DNA of 32,000 bases from contig NZ_FZMO01000547.1 in assembly GCF_900197875.1 (NCBI RefSeq), forward strand, positions 45,765-77,764, given 5' to 3'. A program made the translations under genes and the position numbers. Shown here in pieces: positions 1 to 8,493 of this stretch. Below the pieces are notes generated by a model, which was given only the letters and a program-made list of their open reading frames with translations, was not told where the DNA came from and ran no database searches. How positions within the stretch are numbered: the stretch's first letter is position 1; each line of letters opens with the position of its first letter. The DNA is from Frankia canadensis. GTDB taxonomy: Bacteria > Actinomycetota > Actinomycetes > Frankiales > Frankiaceae.

Positions 1-792
1 CGCGGCGACGACCCGCGGCAAGGCCTCGGCCGAGGTGATGGTTCCGCCGAGCTGGCGTCCGCCGTGGTTGGAGACCACGACGCCGGCCGCGCCCGCCTCG
101 ACGGCGGCGACCGCGTCGTCCGGGTGCAGGACGCCCTTGACCACGACCGGCAGCCCGGTACGGTCGGCCAGCAGGCCGATGTCCGCCAGCTCGATCCGTG
201 ACTCAAGGGCCAGGTCCGCCGGCGGGACACCCACGAAGTTGGCGTTGCCGAGATTCCTGGCGCCCGGCGCCGCCAACCGGGCGAGCGACGCCCGGAACGG
301 GAGGGTGACGCCCGCCGCCGGCTGGTCGACGGTGAGCGCGAGGGCGGTGGCCCCGGCGTCGACGGCCCGGTCGAGGAACGGCCAGAGCGCGTCGCGGCGC
401 TGGGTGAGGTAGACCTGCTGGAGGAAGGGCCCGGACACCTCGGCCACCTCGGCCACGGGAAAGGTGCTGCCCTGCGACAGCACGAGTCCCATCCCCGCGG
501 CGCGGATGCCGCGCGCCGCCTCCCGTTCACCCTGCGGATGGACCAGGCCGAGCGCGGTCGGGGCGATGAGGACCGGCGCCCGCAACGCCAGCCCGAACCC
601 GGTCCAGGCCGTGCTGATCCGGCGCACATCCCGGAACACGCGCGGCACGAGAGACCACTGCTGCCAGCCGGCCTCGTTGCGGACGGCGGCCGTGCCGGAG
701 GCGCCCTCGACGAACTCGTCGATCAGGGCGACGTCCGCCACGCTCCACGCGCGGTCCGCCGCCGGCCGCGCGGGGGCGGAGTCCGTGCTCAT
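1..792 (-). CDS. FMN-dependent alpha-hydroxy-acid dehydrogenase/oxidase (lactate/glycolate/hydroxymandelate oxidase family); 3' end runs off the window
   Basis: Absent from the ORF track because its stop lies outside the window. My reverse translation of 1-792 reads ...LPVVVKGVLHPDDAVAAVEAGAAGVVVSNHGGRQLGGTITSAEALPRVVAA. The VVSNHGGRQL active-site motif (about nt 40-85) and upstream LIAPTA / LTVD segments are typical of the family. In-frame ATG at 792; a further in-frame ATG at 951 adds only low-complexity sequence. Confidence 0.8.
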   Translation of the reverse strand, partial: MSTDSAPARPAADRAWSVADVALIDEFVEGASGTAAVRNEAGWQQWSLVPRVFRDVRRISTAWTGFGLALRAPVLIAPTALGLVHPQGEREAARGIRAAGMGLVLSQGSTFPVAEVAEVSGPFLQQVYLTQRRDALWPFLDRAVDAGATALALTVDQPAAGVTLPFRASLARLAAPGARNLGNANFVGVPPADLALESRIELADIGLLADRTGLPVVVKGVLHPDDAVAAVEAGAAGVVVSNHGGRQLGGTITSAEALPRVVAA

Positions 793-986
793 CGACCCGA
801 CCGCGCCGGGACCGGACGCCCGACGACCCGCCTGCCATGCCGTTCGAGATCCACATGCACTCCAGCCTGGTCGGGTCGCGGCAGGGATCGGACCGCCGCC
901 GGCGCCCCCATCTCGCGGCACCAGCGCGGCGTGATCCGGCCGCGAGGTCATGGTGCCCGACACAAACCCCACTTGTCCAGTAGGAA

Positions 987-1086
987 TTCCCGCCAAGCGG
1001 GAAAGACGGCGCCCCGCACCGAGGGGGAAGGGCTTCGCCCGCGCCAGGATCGGGCGGCAGGATGATCGATTTCCGCATAGCGGGAA
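987..1086. promoter_or_regulatory. Two related 17-bp palindromes, TTCCCGC-caa-GCGGGAA (987-1003) and TTTCCGC-ata-GCGGGAA (1070-1086): candidate operator pair
   Basis: Read directly from the sequence. The first is a perfect 7+7 inverted repeat and the second has one mismatch. Centres are 83 bp apart, in the divergent intergenic region between the hydroxy-acid dehydrogenase and the IclR regulator. Confidence 0.35.
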
Positions 1087-1290
1087 CAGATAAGGCGGCA
1101 GCGGGACCGCTGTGACGGCACCACGCGCCGAGCGCGGTCACGGTGCCGGCTATGCTTGTCACGCGGCGAGTTCCGGCGCGTGCTGATGGCCGATGCCCGC
1201 TCGTCGCGGCGCCCGCGACCGCCTACGTATGCACGTCGGGTACGGCGTCTGCGGGCGCACCGTCGATCCCGGTAAGTAAGCCGATGTTGA

Positions 1291-2133
1291 GTGGTGAGCC
1301 CGACGACCGCTGTTCATGCTGGCCCGGCGGCCAGATCGGACCCCAACACGGTCCAGTCCGTCCGGCGCGCGGCCGCGCTGCTCGACTGTTTCCTCGAGGG
1401 CCGCGCGGACCGGAGCCTGACCGAGCTCGCCGGTGCGACCGGCCTGTCGACGAGCACCGCCCACCGCCTGCTGCGCACCCTGGCCGACGTCGAACTGCTC
1501 TGGTACAACCCGGAGTCCGAGCGCTACATGCCGGGGCCCGGCCTGCTCCGGCTGGCCCGGGTCGTCCTCGACCGCGATGACGTCGCGGGCACGCGGGAGC
1601 TGCTCGCCTCCCTCGCCTTCCAGACCCGGCTGGCGGTCTGCCTCAGCGTTCGCGACGGCGCGGGTGCGCGGACCGTCCTGCTCGTCGAGGCGGACGGGAC
1701 CTCGCCCGCTCGGCCGGATGCGCTGCCACCGGCGCCGCTGCACGCGTCCGCCGCCGGCAAGGTGCTGCTCGCCTACACCGCCGCACCCGTCACCGAGAGC
1801 GCGACCAGCCTTGGCACCCTGGCCGCCTACACTCCGGCGACCCTCGTCTCGACGGCCGCGCTCATCGACGACCTGGAACGCATCCGCACGCGGGCCTACG
1901 CGATCGAGGAGTTCGAGTACGACGTGCGCCGGCGCGCCGTGGCGGTACCCGTGCGCTCGGGTGACGGCGATGTCGTCGCCGCGCTGGGGGTGTCCGGCGG
2001 CGCCGATGCCGTCGCCGCCGGTGCTCTCCCCCGCCTGAGCCGCCTGCTGACCGCGACGGCCGGCGCGATCTCGATGCCCGAGTCGCTGCTGCCCACCGCG
2101 TCCCCGCCGGCGCCGCGTCGTGGCCTGTCCTGA
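1291..2133 (+). CDS. IclR-family transcriptional regulator
   Basis: N-terminal wHTH (VQSVRRAAALLDCF...LTELAGATGLSTSTAHRLLRTL) followed by an IclR-type effector domain (PLHASAAGKVLLAY...AYAIEEFEYDVRRRAVAVPV). GTG start at 1291. Confidence 0.85.
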   Translation: MVSPTTAVHAGPAARSDPNTVQSVRRAAALLDCFLEGRADRSLTELAGATGLSTSTAHRLLRTLADVELLWYNPESERYMPGPGLLRLARVVLDRDDVAGTRELLASLAFQTRLAVCLSVRDGAGARTVLLVEADGTSPARPDALPPAPLHASAAGKVLLAYTAAPVTESATSLGTLAAYTPATLVSTAALIDDLERIRTRAYAIEEFEYDVRRRAVAVPVRSGDGDVVAALGVSGGADAVAAGALPRLSRLLTATAGAISMPESLLPTASPPAPRRGLS

Positions 2134-2142
2134 CGTTCCAGG

Positions 2143-2850
2143 TCAGGCAGGGGGCGGGCCGGCGGCGAAGACGGTCGTGTCGAACCAGGTGGGAAAGGCG
2201 CGGACCAGCGCGGTCGGGCCATGGATCTCGGCCTCGCCGGCGTCGAACACGGCCCGCAGCGGCGTGCGCCCGAGCAGCCAGCGGTGCATCTGGCGGTTGT
2301 CCGCGGTGACCCGCAGGTGCACGTCCTCGCGCGGCTCCTCCTTGCAGACGGTCATCGCGGGCCGCTCGATGTCGAGCCAGCCCTGGGCGGCGCCCGGCCC
2401 GGTCAGGGTGACGTGGACGAGGGTCCGCCGAGGCGGAAGCCGGTCGGGAACCGCATGCTGGTGCATGCGCCAGATCAGCGACAGGCCGTCGCAGTCCTCG
2501 TCGGCCGGGTCGTCGAAGACCCAGGCGGCCGCCCACCGCCCCAGCGACCAGATCACCGGCGTGAGCGCCCAGCCGGCCTCGGTCAGCGTGTAGCTGCCCT
2601 GGCGCCCGGGCCCGGCCGGCTGACGGCTGACCAGGCCGTGCCGTTCCAGCGCCCGCAGCCGTTGCGTCAACAGGGTGCGGCTCATCCGGGGCAGACCACG
2701 GTGGATGTCGTTGAATCCCTCGGCGCCGACCATCAGCTCCCGGATCACCAGCGGGGTCCAGCGGTCGCCGAGGATCTCGACCCCGAGCGCGATCGGGCAG
2801 TAGTCGGAGTGGATCGGCACCCCGCCATCGCACCACACCAGGGCAGCCAC
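2143..2850 (-). CDS. HxlR-family wHTH regulator with extended C-terminal (SCP2-like) domain
   Basis: The DYCPIALGVEILGDRWTPLVIRELMVGAEGFNDIHRGLPRMSRTLLTQRLRALERHGLV signature is typical of HxlR. The track ORF (to 3096) has an implausible Arg/Pro-rich N-terminus. An in-frame GTG at 2850 lies just upstream of the conserved domain, but the start remains uncertain. Confidence 0.75.
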   Translation of the reverse strand: MAALVWCDGGVPIHSDYCPIALGVEILGDRWTPLVIRELMVGAEGFNDIHRGLPRMSRTLLTQRLRALERHGLVSRQPAGPGRQGSYTLTEAGWALTPVIWSLGRWAAAWVFDDPADEDCDGLSLIWRMHQHAVPDRLPPRRTLVHVTLTGPGAAQGWLDIERPAMTVCKEEPREDVHLRVTADNRQMHRWLLGRTPLRAVFDAGEAEIHGPTALVRAFPTWFDTTVFAAGPPPA

Positions 2851-3038
2851 TGACCTGCCCGGTCGCCTCCTACACCTGACGGCCGGCCGACACCACCGGT
2901 ACAGGAACGCGACTGGTCGACGGGCCGGCGCCCGACGGAGCCTTGTCCCAGGCCCGATGGCACCAGCGGCCAGCTCGGCGGGCAGGTACCGAACATGACG
3001 ACACGACGTGACTCGATCACACCACGGGAGGAACCACG

Positions 3039-3893
3039 ATGACCACCACCACGCCGACCAGCTCGGCCGGCCCGGACCTTGCCGCGGTGAAGGCAAGGCA
3101 GCAGGCGACCTGGTCCAACGGCGACTACTCGGTGATCGCCGGCCGGATCGTGCTGCAGAGCGAGCTGCTCGCCGAGGCCGCGGACCTGCGCCCCGGCTGG
3201 CGGGTGCTGGATGTCGCCTGCGGCTCCGGCAACGCGGCGATCGCCGCCGCCCGCTCGGACACCCTGGTCACCGGCATCGACTATGTGCCCGAGCTGCTGG
3301 ACCGTGGACGCGCGCGGGCCGCGGCCGAGGGGCTGGCGGTCGACTTCCAGCTCGGAGACGCCGAGAATCTGCCCTTCGACGACGCGTCGTTCGACGCGGT
3401 GCTTTCGGTGTTCGGGTCCATGTTCGCGCCGGACCATCGCCGCACCGCCGACGAGATGACGCGGGTTGCGCGGCCCGGCGGAGTCCTGGGCATTGTCGCC
3501 TGGACGCCCGGCGGCTTCATCGGTGAGATGTTCCGGACCATCACCCGGCACGTGCCCGCGCCGGCGGGTCTCGCGTCCCCGCTGCTGTGGGGTACCGAGG
3601 ACCATCTGGCGGCGCTGTTCGGCGCGGCGGCGGCCGAGATCAGGACGGTCGAACGGACCTGCGTGTTCCGGTTCGCCTCCGCCGAGGCCTTCACCGAGAT
3701 GTTCCGCCGCTGGTACGGGCCGACCTACACGGCGTTCGCGGCCCTCGACGACACCGGCCGCGCGGCCCTGGCCGCCGACCTCACGGACCTCGCCCGCCGC
3801 TGGAACCGCGCGTCCAGCGGCCGCGACCGGACGGTCGCGCTGCCCTCCACCTACCTGGAGACCGTCATCACCCTGCGCGGCGCCGGCGGCTGA
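3039..3893 (+). CDS. Class I SAM-dependent methyltransferase
   Basis: Motif I VLDVACGSGNAA, a post-I acidic residue (GIDYV) and ARPGGVLGIV. A GGGAGG ribosome-binding site lies 7-12 nt upstream of the ATG. Confidence 0.85.
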   Translation: MTTTTPTSSAGPDLAAVKARQQATWSNGDYSVIAGRIVLQSELLAEAADLRPGWRVLDVACGSGNAAIAAARSDTLVTGIDYVPELLDRGRARAAAEGLAVDFQLGDAENLPFDDASFDAVLSVFGSMFAPDHRRTADEMTRVARPGGVLGIVAWTPGGFIGEMFRTITRHVPAPAGLASPLLWGTEDHLAALFGAAAAEIRTVERTCVFRFASAEAFTEMFRRWYGPTYTAFAALDDTGRAALAADLTDLARRWNRASSGRDRTVALPSTYLETVITLRGAGG

Positions 3894-4023
3894 GGCGACC
3901 TGGCGAGGCGGCGCGCCCCGATCGTTCCGCGGTCCCGCGAGACCGCGGATTCTCGCCGCCACTCGTCGACGAACTCCCGGGCACCTGGTACGAACGTCGT
4001 GTCGGGACGACTCCGGAGGCGCC

Positions 4024-7011
4024 TTGACGCATGCTCTCGAGGTCCGTCTGTTCGGCACGCCGCGCATCCGCCTGGACGGGGAGCCGGTCGTCCTCGCCTC
4101 GTCGCGGGCGCTGAGTCTGCTGGCCTGTCTCGTGCTGCGCGCCGGCCGACCCCAGCGGCGTGACCAGCTGGCGTTTCTGCTGTGGCCCGACTCCACCGAG
4201 AAGCAGGCCCGCACCAACCTCCGCCATGTGCTGCACACCCTGCGCGCGGCGATTCCCGACATGGACCGGTTCCTGCACGCGACCCCGCAGGCGTTGTCGT
4301 GGCACGAATCATGGTGCGACGTCGCCCGTTTCCGGGAGGCGCTGGATGCCGCACGGCGCCCGGGGGCCGATGTCGTCGGCCAGTTGCGGACGGCGCTCGA
4401 CCTTTACCCCGGTGAACTGCTGCACGGCTGGTACGACGAGTGGGTGTTGCCCGAGCGCGCGCAGCTGCACCGGCTGGCGCTGGCCGCGGTCGGCGAGCTC
4501 GTCCCGCTGCTGGAGGCCCGCGAGGAGCACGACGCGGCGCTTCGGTACGCCGGGCGCGCGGTGGAGCTCGATCCGCTCGACGAGCAGGCCTACCAGGCGT
4601 TGATGCGCCAGTGGGACGCACGCGGTGACCGCACCCGGGCGATGCGGGTGTACCACGAGTGCGTTACGACGCTGCGCGACGAGCTCAACGTGGAGCCCTC
4701 GGCGGCGACGCGGGCGGCATACGAGGCGCTGCTTCCACGCGACCATGACGAGGCCCCGGCGCTGCGGCCCAGCGACTTCGTCGGGCGGTCGGCGCAACGC
4801 CGCACGCTGACCGAGCGCTGGCAGGACAGCCGGCGAGGGCGCGCACAGCTGGTGCTCGTGACCGGCGAGCCGGGTGTCGGCAAGTCCCGGCTGGTGGAGG
4901 AGCTGCGGCTGTGGGCCGCGCATCGCGGCGCGAGCACCGCGGCGGCGCGCTCGTACGCCGTCGAGGGCACGCTCGCCTACGCACCGCTGGTCACGTGGCT
5001 GCGCGCGCCTGGCATCGCCCGTGGGCGCGGCCGGCTCGACCGGCGGTACCTCGACGCGCTCGCCCGGCTGCTGCCCGAGTCGCCCCGCGACCCGGCACCC
5101 GCGCGGCCCGGCTCCGCGCCGGCGGTCCCGCCGGCCGGGACGGCGCGGTCCGACGAGTCCGCGGCCGAGGAGCCGGCGTCCCGGGTCCGTCTCTTCGAGG
5201 CCGCCGCACGGGCCCTGCTCGCCGGCTCCGAGCCGGTGCTGCTCGTCGCCGACGACCTGCACGCAGCGGACGCGTACACGCTGCAGTTCCTGCACTACCT
5301 GCTGCGGACTGAGCCGGGCGCGCCGCTGCTGGTCGTCGCGACGGCGCGCCTCGCCGACGCCGAGGCCGACGACCAGCTGCGCAGGCTGCTGACCGGGCTG
5401 CGGGCGCTCGAGCGGTACACCGAGATCGAGCTGGCCCGGCTGGATCGCACCGAAACCGGCGTTCTCGCCGAGCGGCTTGCCGGGCACCGGATGTTGACGT
5501 CCCAGCTCGACCGCCTCTACGCCGAGACCGCCGGTAATCCGTTGTTCGTCATCGAGACGCTGCGTTCGGGCTGGCCGAGCCACGGTGAGCCGAACGCCCT
5601 GACACCGAGGGTGCACGCGGTGCTCGAGGCGCGGCTCGGGCAGGTCTCGGCGGGCGCCCGCGCGCTGCTCGGCCTGGCGGCGACGGTCGGGGCGTCAGTC
5701 GACGTCGACGTGCTGGCGCGGCTGTACCCCGGCGACGAGGACGGATTCACCCGCGATCTCGACGAGCTGTGGCGGCGGCAGCTGCTGCTGGCGAGCGGCG
5801 CCGACCGATACGACTTCAGCCACGACAAGCTCCGCGAGGTCGCCTACCAGGCGCTGAGCCCGGCCCGGCGCCGCCATCACCACCGGCTGGTCGCCCGCGC
5901 GCTGCAGGACGCGGACGCCGACCCGGACCGGCTCGACGCGCTCGCCGGTCAGATCGCGGCCCATCTGGTCGAGGCCGGCGCGCGGTCAGAGGCCGTCGGC
6001 TGGTATGAGCGGGCGGCCGCGTCCGCGCAGCGGGTGCACGCGGACGCCGAGGCGGTCCGGCTCCTCGCGCAGGCGCTGGCGATGCTGCGCCGCGCCCCCG
6101 ACTCGCGTGGCCGCCAGGAGTCGGAGCTCGCGTTGCTGACCGCGATGCTCGGCCCGCTCGCCGCGGCGCACGGCTACGCGTCGGATCGCCTGGGCGCCGT
6201 GCTCGACGCGGCGCTCGAGCTGGCCCGGCGCCTGGGTGTACCGCCGGGGGCGCCGGTGCTGCGGGCGCAGGGCATGGCCGTGCTGTCCCGCGGTGACGCC
6301 GAGGCGGCTCGCGAGGTGGGTGGGCAGTTGCGTGCCCTCGGCGGCGCCGACGACGTCCTCGCGGTGGAGGGTGCGTTCGTGCAGGGTGTGACGGCCTACT
6401 GGCGTGGTGACCTGGCGACCGCACGGACCCATCTGGAGGCCGCGCTCGCGCGGTACCGGCCGGAGAACCGGTCGGCGCATCTGCGGCTGTTCGCGCAGGA
6501 TCCGCAGCCGCTCTGCGTGGCCAGGCTCGCGCATGTCCACGCCTTTCTCGGCGATCCGGCGGAGGCGGTCCGCCTGCAAAGCGAGTCGTTGGCGCTCGCG
6601 CACGCCGTCCGACACCCCTTCACGCTCGGTGCGGTCCTGCTCTTCGCCGGCCTGCTCGATCTGGAACTGGCCGCGCTGCCCGCGCTGCGCCGCCACGCCG
6701 CGCAGCTGGAGGTGCTGCGGCGTCAGGTCGAGAACACGCCGGTCCAGCTGGTCTCCGACGCGCTGTGCGGCTTTCTCGAGGTGGCGGACGGCCGGACGAC
6801 GGCGGGCTTGGCCCGCGTCGACGCCGCGCTCGCGGACCCGGGACGGCATGCCGCGCCCGGCCTGCCGGCGATCCTGCTGCGCGTCCGGCTCGCGGCGTGT
6901 GAACGTACGGCGGACCGGGACGGGAGTGCCGAGACCGCCCGCCGTCTGCTGGCGGAGCCCGTCCGGGTCTGGGATGCCCGGGCCCGCGCGGTGCTCGGCG
7001 AGCAACGCTGA
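4024..7011 (+). CDS. Large AfsR/SARP-type regulator: OmpR-like wHTH plus BTAD, P-loop NTPase (NB-ARC/AAA) and TPR-like C-terminus
   Basis: LEVRLFGTPRIRLDGEPV...LLACLVL...RDQLAFLLWPD...ARTNLRHVLHTLR matches the SARP DNA-binding domain. ...DPLDEQAYQALMRQWDARGDRTRAMRVYHECVTTLRDELNVEPSAATRAAYEAL matches BTAD. Walker A is VTGEPGVGKSRL and Walker B is LLVADDLH. The track ORF start (3466) overlaps the methyltransferase in another frame. An in-frame TTG at 4024 is preceded by GGAGG 5 nt upstream. Confidence 0.8.
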   Translation: MTHALEVRLFGTPRIRLDGEPVVLASSRALSLLACLVLRAGRPQRRDQLAFLLWPDSTEKQARTNLRHVLHTLRAAIPDMDRFLHATPQALSWHESWCDVARFREALDAARRPGADVVGQLRTALDLYPGELLHGWYDEWVLPERAQLHRLALAAVGELVPLLEAREEHDAALRYAGRAVELDPLDEQAYQALMRQWDARGDRTRAMRVYHECVTTLRDELNVEPSAATRAAYEALLPRDHDEAPALRPSDFVGRSAQRRTLTERWQDSRRGRAQLVLVTGEPGVGKSRLVEELRLWAAHRGASTAAARSYAVEGTLAYAPLVTWLRAPGIARGRGRLDRRYLDALARLLPESPRDPAPARPGSAPAVPPAGTARSDESAAEEPASRVRLFEAAARALLAGSEPVLLVADDLHAADAYTLQFLHYLLRTEPGAPLLVVATARLADAEADDQLRRLLTGLRALERYTEIELARLDRTETGVLAERLAGHRMLTSQLDRLYAETAGNPLFVIETLRSGWPSHGEPNALTPRVHAVLEARLGQVSAGARALLGLAATVGASVDVDVLARLYPGDEDGFTRDLDELWRRQLLLASGADRYDFSHDKLREVAYQALSPARRRHHHRLVARALQDADADPDRLDALAGQIAAHLVEAGARSEAVGWYERAAASAQRVHADAEAVRLLAQALAMLRRAPDSRGRQESELALLTAMLGPLAAAHGYASDRLGAVLDAALELARRLGVPPGAPVLRAQGMAVLSRGDAEAAREVGGQLRALGGADDVLAVEGAFVQGVTAYWRGDLATARTHLEAALARYRPENRSAHLRLFAQDPQPLCVARLAHVHAFLGDPAEAVRLQSESLALAHAVRHPFTLGAVLLFAGLLDLELAALPALRRHAAQLEVLRRQVENTPVQLVSDALCGFLEVADGRTTAGLARVDAALADPGRHAAPGLPAILLRVRLAACERTADRDGSAETARRLLAEPVRVWDARARAVLGEQR

Positions 7012-7060
7012 GCGGGCCCACCGAGGAACGCTGAGCGGGCCCGCCGAGGAACGCTCGCGG
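7004..7060. repeat. 23-bp tandem repeat, about 2.5 copies (AACGCTGAGCGGGCCC[A/G]CCGAGG)
   Basis: Copy 1 is 7004-7026 and contains the SARP stop TGA at 7009-7011. Copy 2 is 7027-7049 with one substitution. A partial third copy is at 7050-7060. Confidence 0.85.
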
Positions 7061-7086
7061 AACGCCTGGGCCCGCATCCTGCCCGT

Positions 7087-8493
7087 ATGACAACGACAGC
7101 GCGTCCACGAGACGCGATCCGCGAGCTCCGCGGTCGTTTCCGCGGCGCCCTCCTGCGCCCCGGCGAGGAGGGCTACTACGAGGCCAGGCAGGTGTGGAAC
7201 GGCGCGATCGACCGTCGGCCCGCGCTGATCGCCCGCTGCGCGGGCACCGACGACGTCGTGACGGCGGTGCGCTTCGCCCGCGACCGCGACCTGCCGCTGT
7301 CCGTCCGCGGCGGCGGGCATTCAGTCGTGGGGCACGCGGTGTGCGACGACGGTGTGGTGATCGACCTGTCGCAGCTCAAGGCAGTGGCCGTCGATCCCGC
7401 CGCCCGGGTCGCGCGGGCCGCGGGCGGCCTGCTCTGGTCGGAGCTGGACCTGGCCACCCAACGCCACGGCCTGGCCACCACCGGCGGCAGCGTCAGCTCC
7501 ACCGGAATCGGGGGCGTGACGCTCGGCGGCGGCTTCGGCCATCTCATGCGCCGGCACGGCCTCACCGTCGACAACCTGCGGGCGGTGGACCTGGTCACCG
7601 CCGACGGCGAGCGGCTGCGCGTCGACGCGGCGCACGAACCCGAGCTGTTCTGGGCCCTGCGCGGCGGTGGCGGCAACTTCGGCATCGCGACCGCCTTCGA
7701 GTACGACCTGCACCCCGTCGGGCCGATAGTGCTCGGCGGGCCCGTCTTCTGGTCGCTCGACCAGGCGCCGGACGTCCTGCGGGTGCTGCGGGAGTTCGCG
7801 CCCGGCGCTCCCGACGAGCTCGGCGTCATGCTGGTGGCGAACCTGGCTCCGCCGCTGCCGTTCCTGCCGCCCGAGCGCTACGGCACGCCGGTGTTCGGGC
7901 TGGTGCTGACCTGGTGCGGCGACATCGCCGCGGGCCTGCGGGCGATCGCGCCGCTGCGGAGCATCGGCACGCCGATCGGCGACCTGGTCCGCCCGACGCC
8001 GTACCGGGCGGTGCAGTCGCTGCTCGACGGCAGCGCGGCCCGCGGCGCCGCCTCGCACTGGCGCTCCCACCGGCTGCCCGACCTCTCCGACGGGGTCATC
8101 GACACGATCGTCGAGCGGGTCTCGTCGATCACCTCGCCGTTGTCGCTGCTCAACGGCTGGATGATCGGCGGCGCCGTCAGCCGGGTCGATCCGTCCGCCA
8201 CCGCGATCGGGGAGCGCGAGACCGGCTTCGAGCTGCGGACCATCGCGGTCTGGCAACCGGGCGCCCCGGATGCCGATCGGCACACCGCCTGGGTTCGCGA
8301 CGGCTGGGAGGCGCTGCGCGCGCACTCCGCCGGCCGCCAGTACGCCACCTTCCTCGCCGACGAGGGCGCCGCCGGCGTCCGGGCCGCCTACGGCGACCAG
8401 CTCGCCCGGCTCGTCGCTGTGAAGGACCGCTACGACCCCACGAACGTCTTCCGCCTCAACGCCAACATCGCACCCTCGGGAGGTACTCGATGA
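7087..8493 (+). CDS. FAD-binding oxidoreductase (FAD_binding_4 / berberine-bridge-enzyme-like)
   Basis: RCAGTDDVVTAVRFARDRDLPLSVRGGGHSVVGHAV..., WALRGGGGNFGIAT and a C-terminal BBE-like motif (VKDRYDPTNVFRLNANI). Confidence 0.85.
   Translation: MTTTARPRDAIRELRGRFRGALLRPGEEGYYEARQVWNGAIDRRPALIARCAGTDDVVTAVRFARDRDLPLSVRGGGHSVVGHAVCDDGVVIDLSQLKAVAVDPAARVARAAGGLLWSELDLATQRHGLATTGGSVSSTGIGGVTLGGGFGHLMRRHGLTVDNLRAVDLVTADGERLRVDAAHEPELFWALRGGGGNFGIATAFEYDLHPVGPIVLGGPVFWSLDQAPDVLRVLREFAPGAPDELGVMLVANLAPPLPFLPPERYGTPVFGLVLTWCGDIAAGLRAIAPLRSIGTPIGDLVRPTPYRAVQSLLDGSAARGAASHWRSHRLPDLSDGVIDTIVERVSSITSPLSLLNGWMIGGAVSRVDPSATAIGERETGFELRTIAVWQPGAPDADRHTAWVRDGWEALRAHSAGRQYATFLADEGAAGVRAAYGDQLARLVAVKDRYDPTNVFRLNANIAPSGGTR

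Noticed and set aside
527-1162. 211-aa minus-strand ORF and 175-aa plus-strand ORF across the 5' end of the hydroxy-acid dehydrogenase
   Set aside because: Both are out of frame with the clearly recognisable FMN-dehydrogenase reading frame, and their composition is non-protein-like.
3466-4023. 5' extension of the SARP ORF (track start 3466), and similar upstream extensions of the HxlR, NmrA, TmrB-like, desaturase, murF, DHA2 and GT ORFs
   Set aside because: The extensions overlap neighbouring genes or encode Arg/Pro-rich noise. Conserved N-terminal motifs and ribosome-binding sites support the internal starts given in the feature table.
2745-4262. Long antisense or alternate-frame ORFs throughout the track, for example 2745-4262(-), 4309-5616(-), 5986-7320(-), 7321-8496(-), 8430-9395(-), 13750-15315(-), 15155-16282(+), 21269-23107(+), 22732-23622(-), 23807-24922(+), 24631-26148(+), 27852-28976(-) and 29288-31141(+)
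   Set aside because: Their translations are Arg/Pro/Gly/Ala-rich low-complexity strings with no recognisable motifs. Each fully overlaps a gene on the other strand or frame that has strong family signatures. These are the expected shadow ORFs of >70% GC DNA.
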